A stretch of 64,000 nt of DNA from a virus (taxonomy: Duplodnaviria; Caudoviricetes). Every line of letters begins with the position of its first letter. The stretch's first letter is position 1. The stretch is from the IMG/VR virus record IMGVR_UViG_3300022602_000025, one strand, 5' to 3'. The notes beneath the pieces were generated by a model. It did not search any database and had not been told where the DNA came from. It saw nothing but the letters and a program-made list of their open reading frames with translations. Shown one piece after another: positions 30,304 through 39,935 of this stretch. The position numbers and the translations under genes were made by a program.

Positions 30304-31062
30304 ATGAGCAACTTAGAACAAACCCGAAAAGAAGTAATAGATTATATCAAAACCCTATTAGGCGATGGTATAGTTGACGTTGAGCTGGATCCAATCCACT
30401 ACAACACAGCTATAGATCGTGCTCTAGCAAAATACCGCCAAAAATCAGCAAATTCTGTAGAAGAAAGTTTTGCGTTTTTGACCCTAGAACAAGACGTTAA
30501 CGAATACACACTAAGTTCAGAAGTTATTGAAGTTCGTGATGTGTTCCGCAGAAGTATTGGTTCTAGAACAGGTGGTGGTGACGGCGGATCATTATTTGAG
30601 CCATTTAACCTAGCGTATTCAAATACCTATTTGCTAAGTTCTAGCAACATGGGCGGTTTAGCAACTTACTATGCGTTTGCTTCATATCAAAAATTAGTAG
30701 GTAAAATGTTTGGTAGCTACATACAGTTTACATGGCAACCTACTACTAAAAAATTAACAATTCAACAACGACCACGTGGTGAAGAAACAGTTTTACTATG
30801 GTTATACAACCATCGTCCTGATTTTTCAATATTTGAAGATCCATACGCAGGTATTTGGATCAAAGATTATGCTCTTGCACAATGTAAAATAATCTTAGGC
30901 GAAGCACGTGAAAAGTTCCAAACTATTGCCAGCCCACAAGGTGGTACTAGCCTAAACGGTACAGCACTAAAACAAGAAGGCCTAGCAGCCATTGAAAAAT
31001 TAGAGCTTGATGTACAAAATTACCAAACAGGCGAAAAACCAATGTGGTTCGTGATTGGCTAA
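30304..31062 (+). CDS. gp13: Neck protein (T4 gp13-like)
   Basis: LGDGIVDVELD..H...AID.AL..YRQ and WIKDYALAQCK..LGEAREKF..I..PQGG..LNG..LK.E. Confidence 0.85.
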   Translation: MSNLEQTRKEVIDYIKTLLGDGIVDVELDPIHYNTAIDRALAKYRQKSANSVEESFAFLTLEQDVNEYTLSSEVIEVRDVFRRSIGSRTGGGDGGSLFEPFNLAYSNTYLLSSSNMGGLATYYAFASYQKLVGKMFGSYIQFTWQPTTKKLTIQQRPRGEETVLLWLYNHRPDFSIFEDPYAGIWIKDYALAQCKIILGEAREKFQTIASPQGGTSLNGTALKQEGLAAIEKLELDVQNYQTGEKPMWFVIG

Positions 31063-31071
31063 TCAAAATCA

Positions 31072-31100
31072 TTGACTTCGTAGTAAATCTGTAATAAAAT
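31072..31100 (+). promoter_or_regulatory. Sigma70-type promoter for dNMP kinase
   Basis: TTGACT-17 nt-TAAAAT, followed by an SD (aggggat) before the ATG at 31123. Confidence 0.75.
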
Positions 31101-31122
31101 ATAGTATCGATTAGGGGATACT

Positions 31123-31764
31123 ATGATTATTGGCGTATGCGGATTTATTGGCAGCGGTAAAGATACCGTTGCAGACTACTTACAAAATTTCCACGAATTT
31201 AGACGAGACAGTTTTGCATCTACATTAAAGGATGCCGTATCTGCGGTATTTGGTTGGGACCGCGAACTACTAGAAGGGCGAACTAAAGAAGCCCGTGAAT
31301 GGCGTGAGCAAGTAGATCCGTGGTGGGCAGAACGCCTAAACATGCCTACCCTAACACCGCGTTGGATCCTACAATATTGGGGTACTGAAGTATGCCGTAA
31401 AGGTTTTAATGATGATATCTGGATCGCTAGTTTAGAGAATAAAGTTCGCAAAAGTAAAGATAGTATTGTTATTAGCGACTGCCGTTTCCCTAATGAAATT
31501 AAAGCAATTAAACAACAAGGCGGACAAGTATTTTGGGTACAGCGTGGACCGTTGCCCGAATGGTACGATCTCGCACTACAAGAAAATCTCCATGGCTCAG
31601 AAGAAGCAAAGTGGGAATTAATTAGACGTAAAGTCCACGTTAGCGAAACCGCTTGGGTAGGCACAGAGTTTGATGCCATTATTGATAATAACGGAACTAT
31701 CCAAGATCTATACGATCAGGTTAAAAGTCTGGTGTTAGATCGCCCTGCCGCCAAGGCAGCTTGA
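31123..31764 (+). CDS. Deoxynucleoside monophosphate kinase (T4 gp1-like)
   Basis: MIIGVCGFIGSGKDTVA P-loop, TPRWILQYWGTEVCR, VISDCRFPNE, IDNNGT. Confidence 0.92.
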   Translation: MIIGVCGFIGSGKDTVADYLQNFHEFRRDSFASTLKDAVSAVFGWDRELLEGRTKEAREWREQVDPWWAERLNMPTLTPRWILQYWGTEVCRKGFNDDIWIASLENKVRKSKDSIVISDCRFPNEIKAIKQQGGQVFWVQRGPLPEWYDLALQENLHGSEEAKWELIRRKVHVSETAWVGTEFDAIIDNNGTIQDLYDQVKSLVLDRPAAKAA

Positions 31765-32056
31765 GTTTATGCAGTATGCGTTGACAGTTGGCGCATACTG
31801 TTTTTAAATTGTTTATCTGGCAATTTTTAGGTTCACCATCAATATAGAAAACATTAAACTGTTCAGCGTGTTGGCTTGTAAACCCGCAACGGTCACACTT
31901 AGTTTTCATCCTATATCCGGACAAATACCATAAAGGCATTCCACGTCCGCGACCGCTCGCACAATGATCACATTGTGAACGATAAAATACCCTTTCACCT
32001 TTCCTGTAGTTAATTGCTACTGGCCTAGAATCACAAGTTTTGCATAGAGGTCTCAT
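31721..32056 (-). CDS. Zinc-finger/HNH-like protein, probably catalytically degenerate
   Basis: Three CxxC pairs plus FYIDGEPKNCQINNLKTVCANCQR, an HNH scaffold with FY at the usual HH position. TAAATA lies upstream on the - strand. Confidence 0.65.
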   Translation of the reverse strand: MRPLCKTCDSRPVAINYRKGERVFYRSQCDHCASGRGRGMPLWYLSGYRMKTKCDRCGFTSQHAEQFNVFYIDGEPKNCQINNLKTVCANCQRILHKLKLPWRQGDLTPDF

Positions 32057-32157
32057 TTCCCGCCCTTTTTATCGCCTTTTCACACGTATTTAACAGAAGA
32101 AAAAACCATCATATTACTAAATACTTCAACAAAACCATATTTGGGGAGATGTCTTAA

Positions 32158-35100
32158 ATGGCCAACACATTACAATCACCAGGCGTACAAGTTTCGATTA
32201 TCGACGAAAGCTTCTACACACCTGCAGCACCAGGTACAGTACCTTTAATTTTTGTTGCTTCTGCAGCTAACAAAACGAATCCATCAGGAGTAACAGCACC
32301 AGGAACAGTTCCAAGTGCCGCTGGTACAGTATACACAATTACAAGTCAACGTGACTTGACAGATACTTTTGGTGTACCACAATTTATTACAGACGCTAGT
32401 GGAAATCCAGTTCACGGTAGCGAATTAAACGAATACGGTCTACAAGCTGCATATAGCTTGTTAGGCGTAAGCAGTCAAGCATACGTTGTACGTGCAGACT
32501 TAGATTTAGCAAGTTTAACAGCTGAAGCTAGTGCACCTACAGGCGCTCCTAAAGACGGTAGCTACTGGTTTGATACAGGTAGCACAACTTATGGTATTTT
32601 TGAATGGAACTCATCAACAGGTGCGTTTGCTAACAAAACTCCACTAGTAATCGATAATAACAATTATACAATTACTACTGTAAGCGGTGCTGGCACACAA
32701 CCAAAACCAAGTTTTGGTACTGTAGGTTCTTATGCTATTGTTACAGATACAATGGCAGACATGCAAAACGCTGTATGGTTTAAAAATTCAGACGGTAACT
32801 GGGTTGAAGTAGGTTCATTAGGCGAAGAAAACTTTGCAAGTAACTCATATCAAGATACATTTGTTTCTACAGTATGGTCTACAAGCTGGCCAGCTTTGAC
32901 TAGTGCTGTTACAACAGGCACACAAAGTGGTGGTAATATAACACTAAACGGTCGTCAAGTTACAATTCCATCAGGAACAGTTGCTACTCTTGTAAGCACA
33001 ATCAACGACAATTATCACACAGTAGGTATTGGTGCTAAACTTAACGGCAACACAGTTGAATTCTTTGTAGATGCAACAGCAAATCCAGGTACAGGTGGCG
33101 GTGCAGTAGGTCAAATGGTCCTATCAGCTGACTCATCAATTTTAACAGCATTAGGTATTAGCAATGGTACTTACTCATCACCTGCAGTGTTTGTTGGTCC
33201 ACATACACAATATCCTAATTTCTCAGACAATCCATCAGGTTCTGTTTATGTTAAAACAACAAGTCCAAATGGTGGTGCAAATTGGGCTGTTAAGAAATTT
33301 AATGCAACTACAGGCGCATTTGGTCTAGTACCTGCTCCAATTTATAGTAACAAAGCAAACGCTACTTACAATCTAGATAAGATTGGTGGCGGTGCAAACA
33401 TTCCAGTCGGCACATTGTTTATTGAAAGCAACTATGACCACGGTGATGGTTACAATTCAACACTAACAAATAAATGCCGTCCAATTTTAGCAGAATTTGC
33501 TATCCAACGCCGTGTAGCAGTTGCTCCAACAACTATTACTAGCACAGATAATTCAGGTACAGTTTCAAATTCAACTGTTACTGTCGCTGTAAGCGTTCCA
33601 GGACAAGCTGCATTCTCAACAGGCACAGCACTTACAATTACAGGTGGTACAGACGCATTAGTTCAAGCAATTAACGCTTCTTCAATACCTAACCTAAGTG
33701 CGGTAACTAACGCAGACGGTTCTATTAGCATTGTTCATGCAACTGGCGGCGATATTGCGTTTAAAGATCCATCAAACGTACTATACAGCCTAGGATTTAC
33801 AGCAGGCACAACAGCTAACTTCTATACAGCAGGTGACTTTGAGCCAAACAAATTTACACAGTTTGCTTCAAATTGGGCACCTCTAAGTTACACAGCAAGT
33901 TCTATTGCACCAAGCAATACACCTGCAGACGGTCAACTATGGTATGATGCTATCACTGATCAAATCGACATTCTTTATCATAACGGTCAAGAGTGGACAG
34001 GTTACGGTGTAGCGTTCCCAAGCACAGATCCAAATGGTCCAATCGTAAGTGCTACAGCACCTACAACACAAAGCGACGGTGTAACAGCAGTTGTTAACGG
34101 CGATATTTGGGTAAGCACAGCGGTTGCTAACTTAGAAGAATACGGTCAACAGATTTATGTTTACAATGGCAACACATTGTCATGGGTACTACAAGATCCT
34201 ACAGATCACACAAGTCCAAATGGTTGGATCTTTGCAGATGCACGTTGGGCTACAAGTGGCCAAGCTGTACTAGCATCAAGCATTAGCGATCTACGTGCAA
34301 GCAACTACGTAGACCCAGATGCACCTGATCCTGCAGAATATCCACGTGGTACACGCCTATGGAACTTACGCCGTTCAGGTTTCAACATCAAGAAATATGT
34401 TAAAGGTTATATCGATATTAATTCTAACAACGGATTTAATATTCGTGTACCTAATGATCCAATGAATGGTTCAAATGATACAACACCATATAACGCAGAC
34501 CGTTGGGTTTCAGTAAGCCCTAACGATGCTAAAGGTGTAGGTACATTTGGTCGTCATGCACAAAGAGCATTTGTTGTTAAATCATTAAAAGCTCTAATTG
34601 ACAGCAACCAAAGAGTTCGTGATACAGATACACTAGTGTTCAACTTAATTGCATGTCCTGGTTATCCAGAGACTATTGCAAATATGGTTGGCCTGAATGC
34701 TGATCGTGCTCAAACAGCGTTTGTTGTAGGCGATACACCATTCCGCTTACAGCCAACAGGCACAGCACTAAAAGCATACGGTACAAACAGTAACGGTTCT
34801 TTAGACAACGATGAAAACGGTCTATTAAGCCACGATGATTACATGGCTGTTTGGTATCCAAGTGGTTACACAAATGACTTGTCAGGCAACTACATTGTTG
34901 TTCCACCAAGCCATATGATGTTACGCACTATTGCTGAAAGCGATCAGAAGAGCTATCCATGGTTTGCACCAGCAGGTATCCGCCGTGGTGTAATTGATAA
35001 CGCTACTTCAGTTGGTTATATTGATGCAACAGGTGAATTCCAATCAACAGCATTACCACAAAGTATTCGTGATGTAATGGCACAAAACGGTGCTATTAAC

Positions 35101-35508
35101 CCAATCGCTAATATTACAGGTGCTGGTATCGTTGCGTTTGGTCAATATACTCGCGCAAGTGCAGCAAGCTCATTAGATCGTATTAACGTAGCACGTTTAG
35201 TAGCTTATCTACGTCGTCAACTAGATGTATTGGCTCGTCCATACTTGTTTGAACCAAATGATAAGATTACACGTAACGAGATCAAGAATGCAGTTCAAAG
35301 CCTATTGTTAGAATTAGTAGGACAACGTGCATTGTATGACTTCATCGTAGTTTGTGATGAGTCTAACAATACACCAGATCGTATTGATCGTTCAGAACTA
35401 TGGGTAGACGTTGCTATTGAGCCTGTTAAGGCTGTAGAGTTCATCTACATACCAGTGCGTTTAGTTAACACTGGCTCTATTGCAGCTGGAACTTACACTC
35501 TAGCGTAA
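32158..35508 (+). CDS. gp18: Tail sheath protein, expanded (1116 aa)
   Basis: N-terminal SPGVQVSIIDESFY. C-terminal PPSHMMLR..WFAPAG.RRG, INPI, RINVARL, FEPND..TR, AIEPVKAVEFIYIP. Confidence 0.95.
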   Translation: MANTLQSPGVQVSIIDESFYTPAAPGTVPLIFVASAANKTNPSGVTAPGTVPSAAGTVYTITSQRDLTDTFGVPQFITDASGNPVHGSELNEYGLQAAYSLLGVSSQAYVVRADLDLASLTAEASAPTGAPKDGSYWFDTGSTTYGIFEWNSSTGAFANKTPLVIDNNNYTITTVSGAGTQPKPSFGTVGSYAIVTDTMADMQNAVWFKNSDGNWVEVGSLGEENFASNSYQDTFVSTVWSTSWPALTSAVTTGTQSGGNITLNGRQVTIPSGTVATLVSTINDNYHTVGIGAKLNGNTVEFFVDATANPGTGGGAVGQMVLSADSSILTALGISNGTYSSPAVFVGPHTQYPNFSDNPSGSVYVKTTSPNGGANWAVKKFNATTGAFGLVPAPIYSNKANATYNLDKIGGGANIPVGTLFIESNYDHGDGYNSTLTNKCRPILAEFAIQRRVAVAPTTITSTDNSGTVSNSTVTVAVSVPGQAAFSTGTALTITGGTDALVQAINASSIPNLSAVTNADGSISIVHATGGDIAFKDPSNVLYSLGFTAGTTANFYTAGDFEPNKFTQFASNWAPLSYTASSIAPSNTPADGQLWYDAITDQIDILYHNGQEWTGYGVAFPSTDPNGPIVSATAPTTQSDGVTAVVNGDIWVSTAVANLEEYGQQIYVYNGNTLSWVLQDPTDHTSPNGWIFADARWATSGQAVLASSISDLRASNYVDPDAPDPAEYPRGTRLWNLRRSGFNIKKYVKGYIDINSNNGFNIRVPNDPMNGSNDTTPYNADRWVSVSPNDAKGVGTFGRHAQRAFVVKSLKALIDSNQRVRDTDTLVFNLIACPGYPETIANMVGLNADRAQTAFVVGDTPFRLQPTGTALKAYGTNSNGSLDNDENGLLSHDDYMAVWYPSGYTNDLSGNYIVVPPSHMMLRTIAESDQKSYPWFAPAGIRRGVIDNATSVGYIDATGEFQSTALPQSIRDVMAQNGAINPIANITGAGIVAFGQYTRASAASSLDRINVARLVAYLRRQLDVLARPYLFEPNDKITRNEIKNAVQSLLLELVGQRALYDFIVVCDESNNTPDRIDRSELWVDVAIEPVKAVEFIYIPVRLVNTGSIAAGTYTLA

Positions 35509-35539
35509 TTAGGTAAATATATAGGACAAGGAGCATAAT

Positions 35540-36166
35540 ATGCCAGTAGCAAGTTTAAGTAAATTGACAGTACCATTACCAGCAGGACAGAGCGCATCAA
35601 ACCAAGGTTTGTTGATGCCAAAACTGCAATATCGCTTTAGAGTGACACTTCAGAACTTTGGTGTAACATCACCAACAACTGAAATCACTAAGCAGGTAAT
35701 GAACGTAACTCGTCCAGAAGTTAGTTTTGAAGCCATGGAACTACATGTTTATAACAGCAAGATCAAATATGCTGGTAAACATAGCTGGGCTGACATTACT
35801 CTTACAGTACGTGATGATGTTACTGGTGCTGTTCAACAATTAGTAGGCGAACAAGTTCAGAAACAATTTGACTTCTTTGAACAAGCATCTGCAGCGTCTG
35901 GTGTTGATTACAAGTTTACAACTGTAATTGAAATCCTAGACGGTGGTAACGGTGCATTTGAACCAACAACATTAGAATCATTTGAATTAGAAGGTTGTTA
36001 CGTAAACAAAGTTGTTTATCAAGGTGCTGATTACAGTAAGAGCGATCCTTTAGATATCGCCCTAACTATTAGCTATGATAATGCAATCCAATTGAACGCA
36101 TCAGGCAACCCATTTGGTATTGGTGCAAACGTTGGTCGTTCACTACGTACATTAGCAACAGGTTAA
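35540..36166 (+). CDS. gp19: Tail tube protein
   Basis: Immediately follows the sheath gene. LLMPKLQYRFRV, YAGKHSWADITLTVRDD, ITLSYDNA-like ending. Strong SD (aggag). Confidence 0.9.
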   Translation: MPVASLSKLTVPLPAGQSASNQGLLMPKLQYRFRVTLQNFGVTSPTTEITKQVMNVTRPEVSFEAMELHVYNSKIKYAGKHSWADITLTVRDDVTGAVQQLVGEQVQKQFDFFEQASAASGVDYKFTTVIEILDGGNGAFEPTTLESFELEGCYVNKVVYQGADYSKSDPLDIALTISYDNAIQLNASGNPFGIGANVGRSLRTLATG

Positions 36167-36188
36167 TACGCATAGCGATTAAACTAAG

Positions 36189-36217
36189 AAGACCTGGTTT
36201 TTTCCAGGTCTTTTTTT
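36189..36217 (+). terminator. Rho-independent terminator after tail tube
   Basis: AAGACCTGG-tttttt-CCAGGTCTT, followed by a T tract. Confidence 0.85.
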
Positions 36218-36233
36218 ACGGCTAAATATTATC

Positions 36234-37580
36234 ATGCCATCACTAGGTTCCTATTTACAACCCGTCTTAGGCGGGGATACAAGTTTAAAAGATTACGCAC
36301 ACGCCAGTAATCTATACCGCACGGGTAAATCTAATATACCATTTGCACTTGCTCCTAAAGCAGGGTGGATATATTATGTGGTTTTTAATTTTAACCCAGA
36401 TGCGGTTGCAGCCGCTGAAGGACCTGCTGCCGCAGCGGCAGCGTCTGGTAGTTTATTAGGTAGTGTAGCATCAGCATTAGGTGGACCTATCGCTAGTTTA
36501 ATTGGTGGTAATACTACTTCAAAGGGACTGTATTCAGATCCACAGGCGAAGTCAATAGTAGGTATGTTAGTTAAAAATGTTGACTTACCTAAATTTCAAA
36601 TCCAGACGGAAGTTGTAAATCAATACAATAGAAAAACTGTTATACAAAAAGGTATAACATATAATCCAGTTAATTTTACATTCCATGATGATCAGTACAA
36701 TGTAATACACAACATGTGGACTGATTATTACAAATATTATTTTGCAGATTCAAACTACGGTGGAACTGGTCCTATTGGAACTAACCAAGACGGTACTCCC
36801 TTCCAATTTGCAAATAACAAATACACTCCAATTAATTCAAAGAATACTCCAACAGCATATGGTTTAAATTCTCCTAAATTAGTAAATGACAGCCGTAGTC
36901 CTTTTAAGAGATTTTCATTTTTTGAAAACATTATTGTTTATCAAATGAATCAAAAAATGTTTACCAGTTTCCAATTAGTCAATCCTGTTATCGCAGGTTG
37001 GGAACATGATAGAATGGATCAAACACAGGGCAACAAATTAGTTGAAAGCAAGATGACTATCAACTACGAAGCGGTTATCTATGGATCAGGTAAAGTTAAA
37101 AAAGATACTCCTGCAGGGTTCGCTACGTTTGATTACGATACAAGTCCAAGCCCATTAAGTATCGCAGGTGGCGGTAACTCAAGTATATTTGGCCCAGGCG
37201 GTATTGTTAGTGGAGCTGAAAGTGTGTTCGGTGATGTGTCAAATATCGCTAACGGAACAGCAAGTCCATTGAATGTATTAGGCGCCGCGATTAGCACAGC
37301 TAACTTAGTAAGAAATGTTGGTAATATTTCTAAAGACAGTTTAAGAGCAGAAGGTTACAGCATTTTAACAAGTACCCTACAGAACGTTGCTAGGGGTGGA
37401 CTAAATGGTCTGGGTCTAAATCTTGGACTACAAAAAGGTAAAAATACACTAGCAACTGGAGAATATGTTGGAACACCGGTAGCCGTAACACCGCCAGCAA
37501 CTCCAGCGACACCAGCAGGCGGAGCCGGACCAGCAGCCGCCGCAGCTAATGCAGCCGCAAATGCAGCCGCAGGCAAATAA
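36234..37580 (+). CDS. Tail-tube-fold baseplate protein (gp48/gp54-like)
   Basis: VKNVDLPKFQIQTEVVNQYNRK..IQ..ITYNPV.FTFHDD is a second tube-like domain. Carries Ala/Pro/Gly-rich inserts. Confidence 0.65.
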   Translation: MPSLGSYLQPVLGGDTSLKDYAHASNLYRTGKSNIPFALAPKAGWIYYVVFNFNPDAVAAAEGPAAAAAASGSLLGSVASALGGPIASLIGGNTTSKGLYSDPQAKSIVGMLVKNVDLPKFQIQTEVVNQYNRKTVIQKGITYNPVNFTFHDDQYNVIHNMWTDYYKYYFADSNYGGTGPIGTNQDGTPFQFANNKYTPINSKNTPTAYGLNSPKLVNDSRSPFKRFSFFENIIVYQMNQKMFTSFQLVNPVIAGWEHDRMDQTQGNKLVESKMTINYEAVIYGSGKVKKDTPAGFATFDYDTSPSPLSIAGGGNSSIFGPGGIVSGAESVFGDVSNIANGTASPLNVLGAAISTANLVRNVGNISKDSLRAEGYSILTSTLQNVARGGLNGLGLNLGLQKGKNTLATGEYVGTPVAVTPPATPATPAGGAGPAAAAANAAANAAAGK

Positions 37581-37589
37581 GGAACTGTT

Positions 37590-37991
37590 ATGTTTGATAG
37601 TAATACATATACAGCCAGTTTAGTTTACAATGCAAATAGCACATTGGTTCAATTACAGACTGCGCTGACCAATTTAACAATTTCAGAAAATGCAGACTTA
37701 GATTATGCTAGACAGTTTTTACCTTCATTAGTAAAATTTAAACAAAGCATTTTAGGTGCTACTACTGATGAAGAAGTTGCATACATTAAGTTAACTTACG
37801 AATCTAAAGTAACTGCATACGAAAATTTGATTTCAACGATTTCTAAAAAATATGCTGATCGAGATAGACTAACTCAATTGATCGCAAGTAAGACTAGTGG
37901 AATAACTGGCCCATCAACATTACAGACTTCAGCAGATCCTACATCAACAACACCTAGTCCAGAAAGCGTTTACATACCAACAATTTTATAA
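37590..37991 (+). CDS. Hypothetical protein (133 aa)
   Basis: ORF in the late operon with phage-like codon usage. SD-like aggaa. Confidence 0.55.
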   Translation: MFDSNTYTASLVYNANSTLVQLQTALTNLTISENADLDYARQFLPSLVKFKQSILGATTDEEVAYIKLTYESKVTAYENLISTISKKYADRDRLTQLIASKTSGITGPSTLQTSADPTSTTPSPESVYIPTIL

Positions 37992-37992
37992 T

Positions 37993-38370
37993 ATGACTTT
38001 TTATAATAATCTACCACAAATTACAGCTACACAGGATAGTTCTCAAGCTACTCTAAAAGTGTTTGATGCTTATGCCGCAGCACCGTTGAATATTAATGCT
38101 ACAACATATGATGCTATGGTAGGATTTTTTAATAGCAAAGGATTCGGCATCGACTCATCTAAAAGCATGGCTTACATTATTATCAAGCAAGCGATATTAG
38201 ATAACATAAATCCTTTTACGATAATTGATACACTACGCAATCAAGATTCTATTGAGCTTAGTGCGTTAGTTACACAGATCGTAAATTACAATAGATACAA
38301 AACAAGTAGTTTAGGAACAGCTAGTACATATCAGCCAGCAGACGAAATAGCAAGGAATATTGTTGCATGA
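37993..38370 (+). CDS. Hypothetical virion-associated protein (125 aa)
   Basis: Translationally coupled to its neighbours within the structural operon. Confidence 0.6.
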   Translation: MTFYNNLPQITATQDSSQATLKVFDAYAAAPLNINATTYDAMVGFFNSKGFGIDSSKSMAYIIIKQAILDNINPFTIIDTLRNQDSIELSALVTQIVNYNRYKTSSLGTASTYQPADEIARNIVA

Positions 38371-38810
38371 GTTTAAAGTTTGCTCAAGGTGTATATGAAG
38401 TTAAAAACCCTGAGAAATATGTAGGACTAGGAAATCCTAGATACCGTAGCTCTTGGGAACTTGCCGTGATGAAAATGCTAGACGAAAATGATGGCATACA
38501 AAACTGGGCAAGTGAATCTGTCAAGATACCCTACCGTGATCCACTGACAGGAAAGCAAACAGTTTATGTACCTGATTTCCTTGTGGTGTACATTGATAAA
38601 GCAAAAAAGAAACATGCTGAATTATGGGAAATAAAACCTCGTAATCAAACCACATTAGAATCTGTAGGTAAGAATCCTTATAATCAAGGACAGTATGTAC
38701 GCAACATGGCCAAGTGGGAAGTAGCACGTATTTGGTGTAAGAAAAACGGGCTTCAGTTTCGTGTTATAACTGAAGATCAGATATTCCATATGGGTGGTAA
38801 AAGACGTTAA
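38367..38810 (+). CDS. gp4: Head completion nuclease (T4 gp4-like, TnsA-type)
   Basis: KNPEKYVG...YRSSWE...WASE...IPY......Y.PDF...EIKP. Confidence 0.9.
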   Translation: MSLKFAQGVYEVKNPEKYVGLGNPRYRSSWELAVMKMLDENDGIQNWASESVKIPYRDPLTGKQTVYVPDFLVVYIDKAKKKHAELWEIKPRNQTTLESVGKNPYNQGQYVRNMAKWEVARIWCKKNGLQFRVITEDQIFHMGGKRR

Positions 38811-38818
38811 ATAATACT

Positions 38819-39301
38819 ATGACAAAAAAGCTAGAAGAACTGTTAAATTTACCAGAAAGCGTGCCTGAGCCGGAATTGATTCCTGTTCCTAAAGAAGACA
38901 CAAAAACAGCCATTGTAAACCTGCAACATACTCTTGAAGAATTTGACAAGATTAGTTCAGCATTACCGCAGGTAAAAGGATTAGGCGATATGAGCGATGC
39001 AGAGCTTGATAGCCTTGCTAAAAAAGCTGAAGATGCCTTTGATGATCTAATGGACTTAGGTATGAACGTAGAAGCTAGATACGGCAGCAGAATGTTTGAA
39101 GTTGCGGCCAACATGCTAAACGCCGCAGTAACCGCGAAAACCAACAAAATCGATAAGAAATTAAAGATGGTTGAGTTGCAGTTAAAGAAACTAGCTATAG
39201 ATAAAAAGAACAACGAAAACGAGGACCCTGTAGAGGGCAAAGGTTACATCATTACTGACCGTAATAGCCTCCTTGAAAAACTTAAAAATGTTAATAAATA
39301 A
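38819..39301 (+). CDS. Helical protein, possible terminase small subunit
   Basis: Predicted helical, 160 aa, three genes upstream of the large terminase, with its own late promoter. The call is positional inference. Confidence 0.4.
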   Translation: MTKKLEELLNLPESVPEPELIPVPKEDTKTAIVNLQHTLEEFDKISSALPQVKGLGDMSDAELDSLAKKAEDAFDDLMDLGMNVEARYGSRMFEVAANMLNAAVTAKTNKIDKKLKMVELQLKKLAIDKKNNENEDPVEGKGYIITDRNSLLEKLKNVNK

Positions 39302-39318
39302 TATACCAGGAAACTAAT

Positions 39319-39933
39319 ATGAAGTCATTTACAGAATACCTAACAGAAAGCAAAAGAACCTATACTTTTAAAGTTAAGGTTGCTGGCGAATTAACTACCG
39401 AACAAGAAGGTTCTATGAGAACTTTATTGGATAAATTTAAGGTTGTAGATTTCGTAAAAACTGGAGTAACTCCAGTCCAAGCATTACCTTTAGATTTTCC
39501 AAGAATCCAAAATTCACAAGTAAGTATCTATGAAGTCGCACTAGACTATCCTGTTACAAGTTCCGAACTAACAAACTATTTAGGCAACGGTTTACGAATC
39601 AACGAACAAAACATTGTTGTTCGCCGTCCAGGTGAACCATCAGAACAGTATCAAGAGCCAGGCGAGAAACGTGAAGGCGCACTACTAAATGACCCAGACT
39701 ACAAAGAAGCAGGTAGCCCTAAATTTGAAGATTACTATGGTGACAAATACAATGTTAGTCTTATAAAGACATTGAATGACGACCTTAAAGCACAAAATAA
39801 AGCACGTGGCGAACAAATTCCAGCAGCGAAAGCAGATGACATTTTAAAAAATCCAGGTGCTACATCAAACGATTTACCACAAAACAACAAGAGTCCAATT
39901 AAACAAACGGACTATGATCCAAGGAAAAAATAA
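39319..39933 (+). CDS. Putative internal head protein with T4-like capsid-targeting N-terminus
   Basis: MKSFTEYLTE resembles the T4 internal-protein leader MKTYQEFIAE, which ends at a Glu cleavage site. Confidence 0.55.
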   Translation: MKSFTEYLTESKRTYTFKVKVAGELTTEQEGSMRTLLDKFKVVDFVKTGVTPVQALPLDFPRIQNSQVSIYEVALDYPVTSSELTNYLGNGLRINEQNIVVRRPGEPSEQYQEPGEKREGALLNDPDYKEAGSPKFEDYYGDKYNVSLIKTLNDDLKAQNKARGEQIPAAKADDILKNPGATSNDLPQNNKSPIKQTDYDPRKK

Positions 39934-39935
39934 TT

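Noticed and set aside
31176-31679. 167-aa antisense ORF inside dNMP kinase, and 161-aa antisense ORF inside primase (56171-56656)
   Set aside because: They are fully nested opposite well-conserved genes, Ser/Arg-rich, and lack expression signals.
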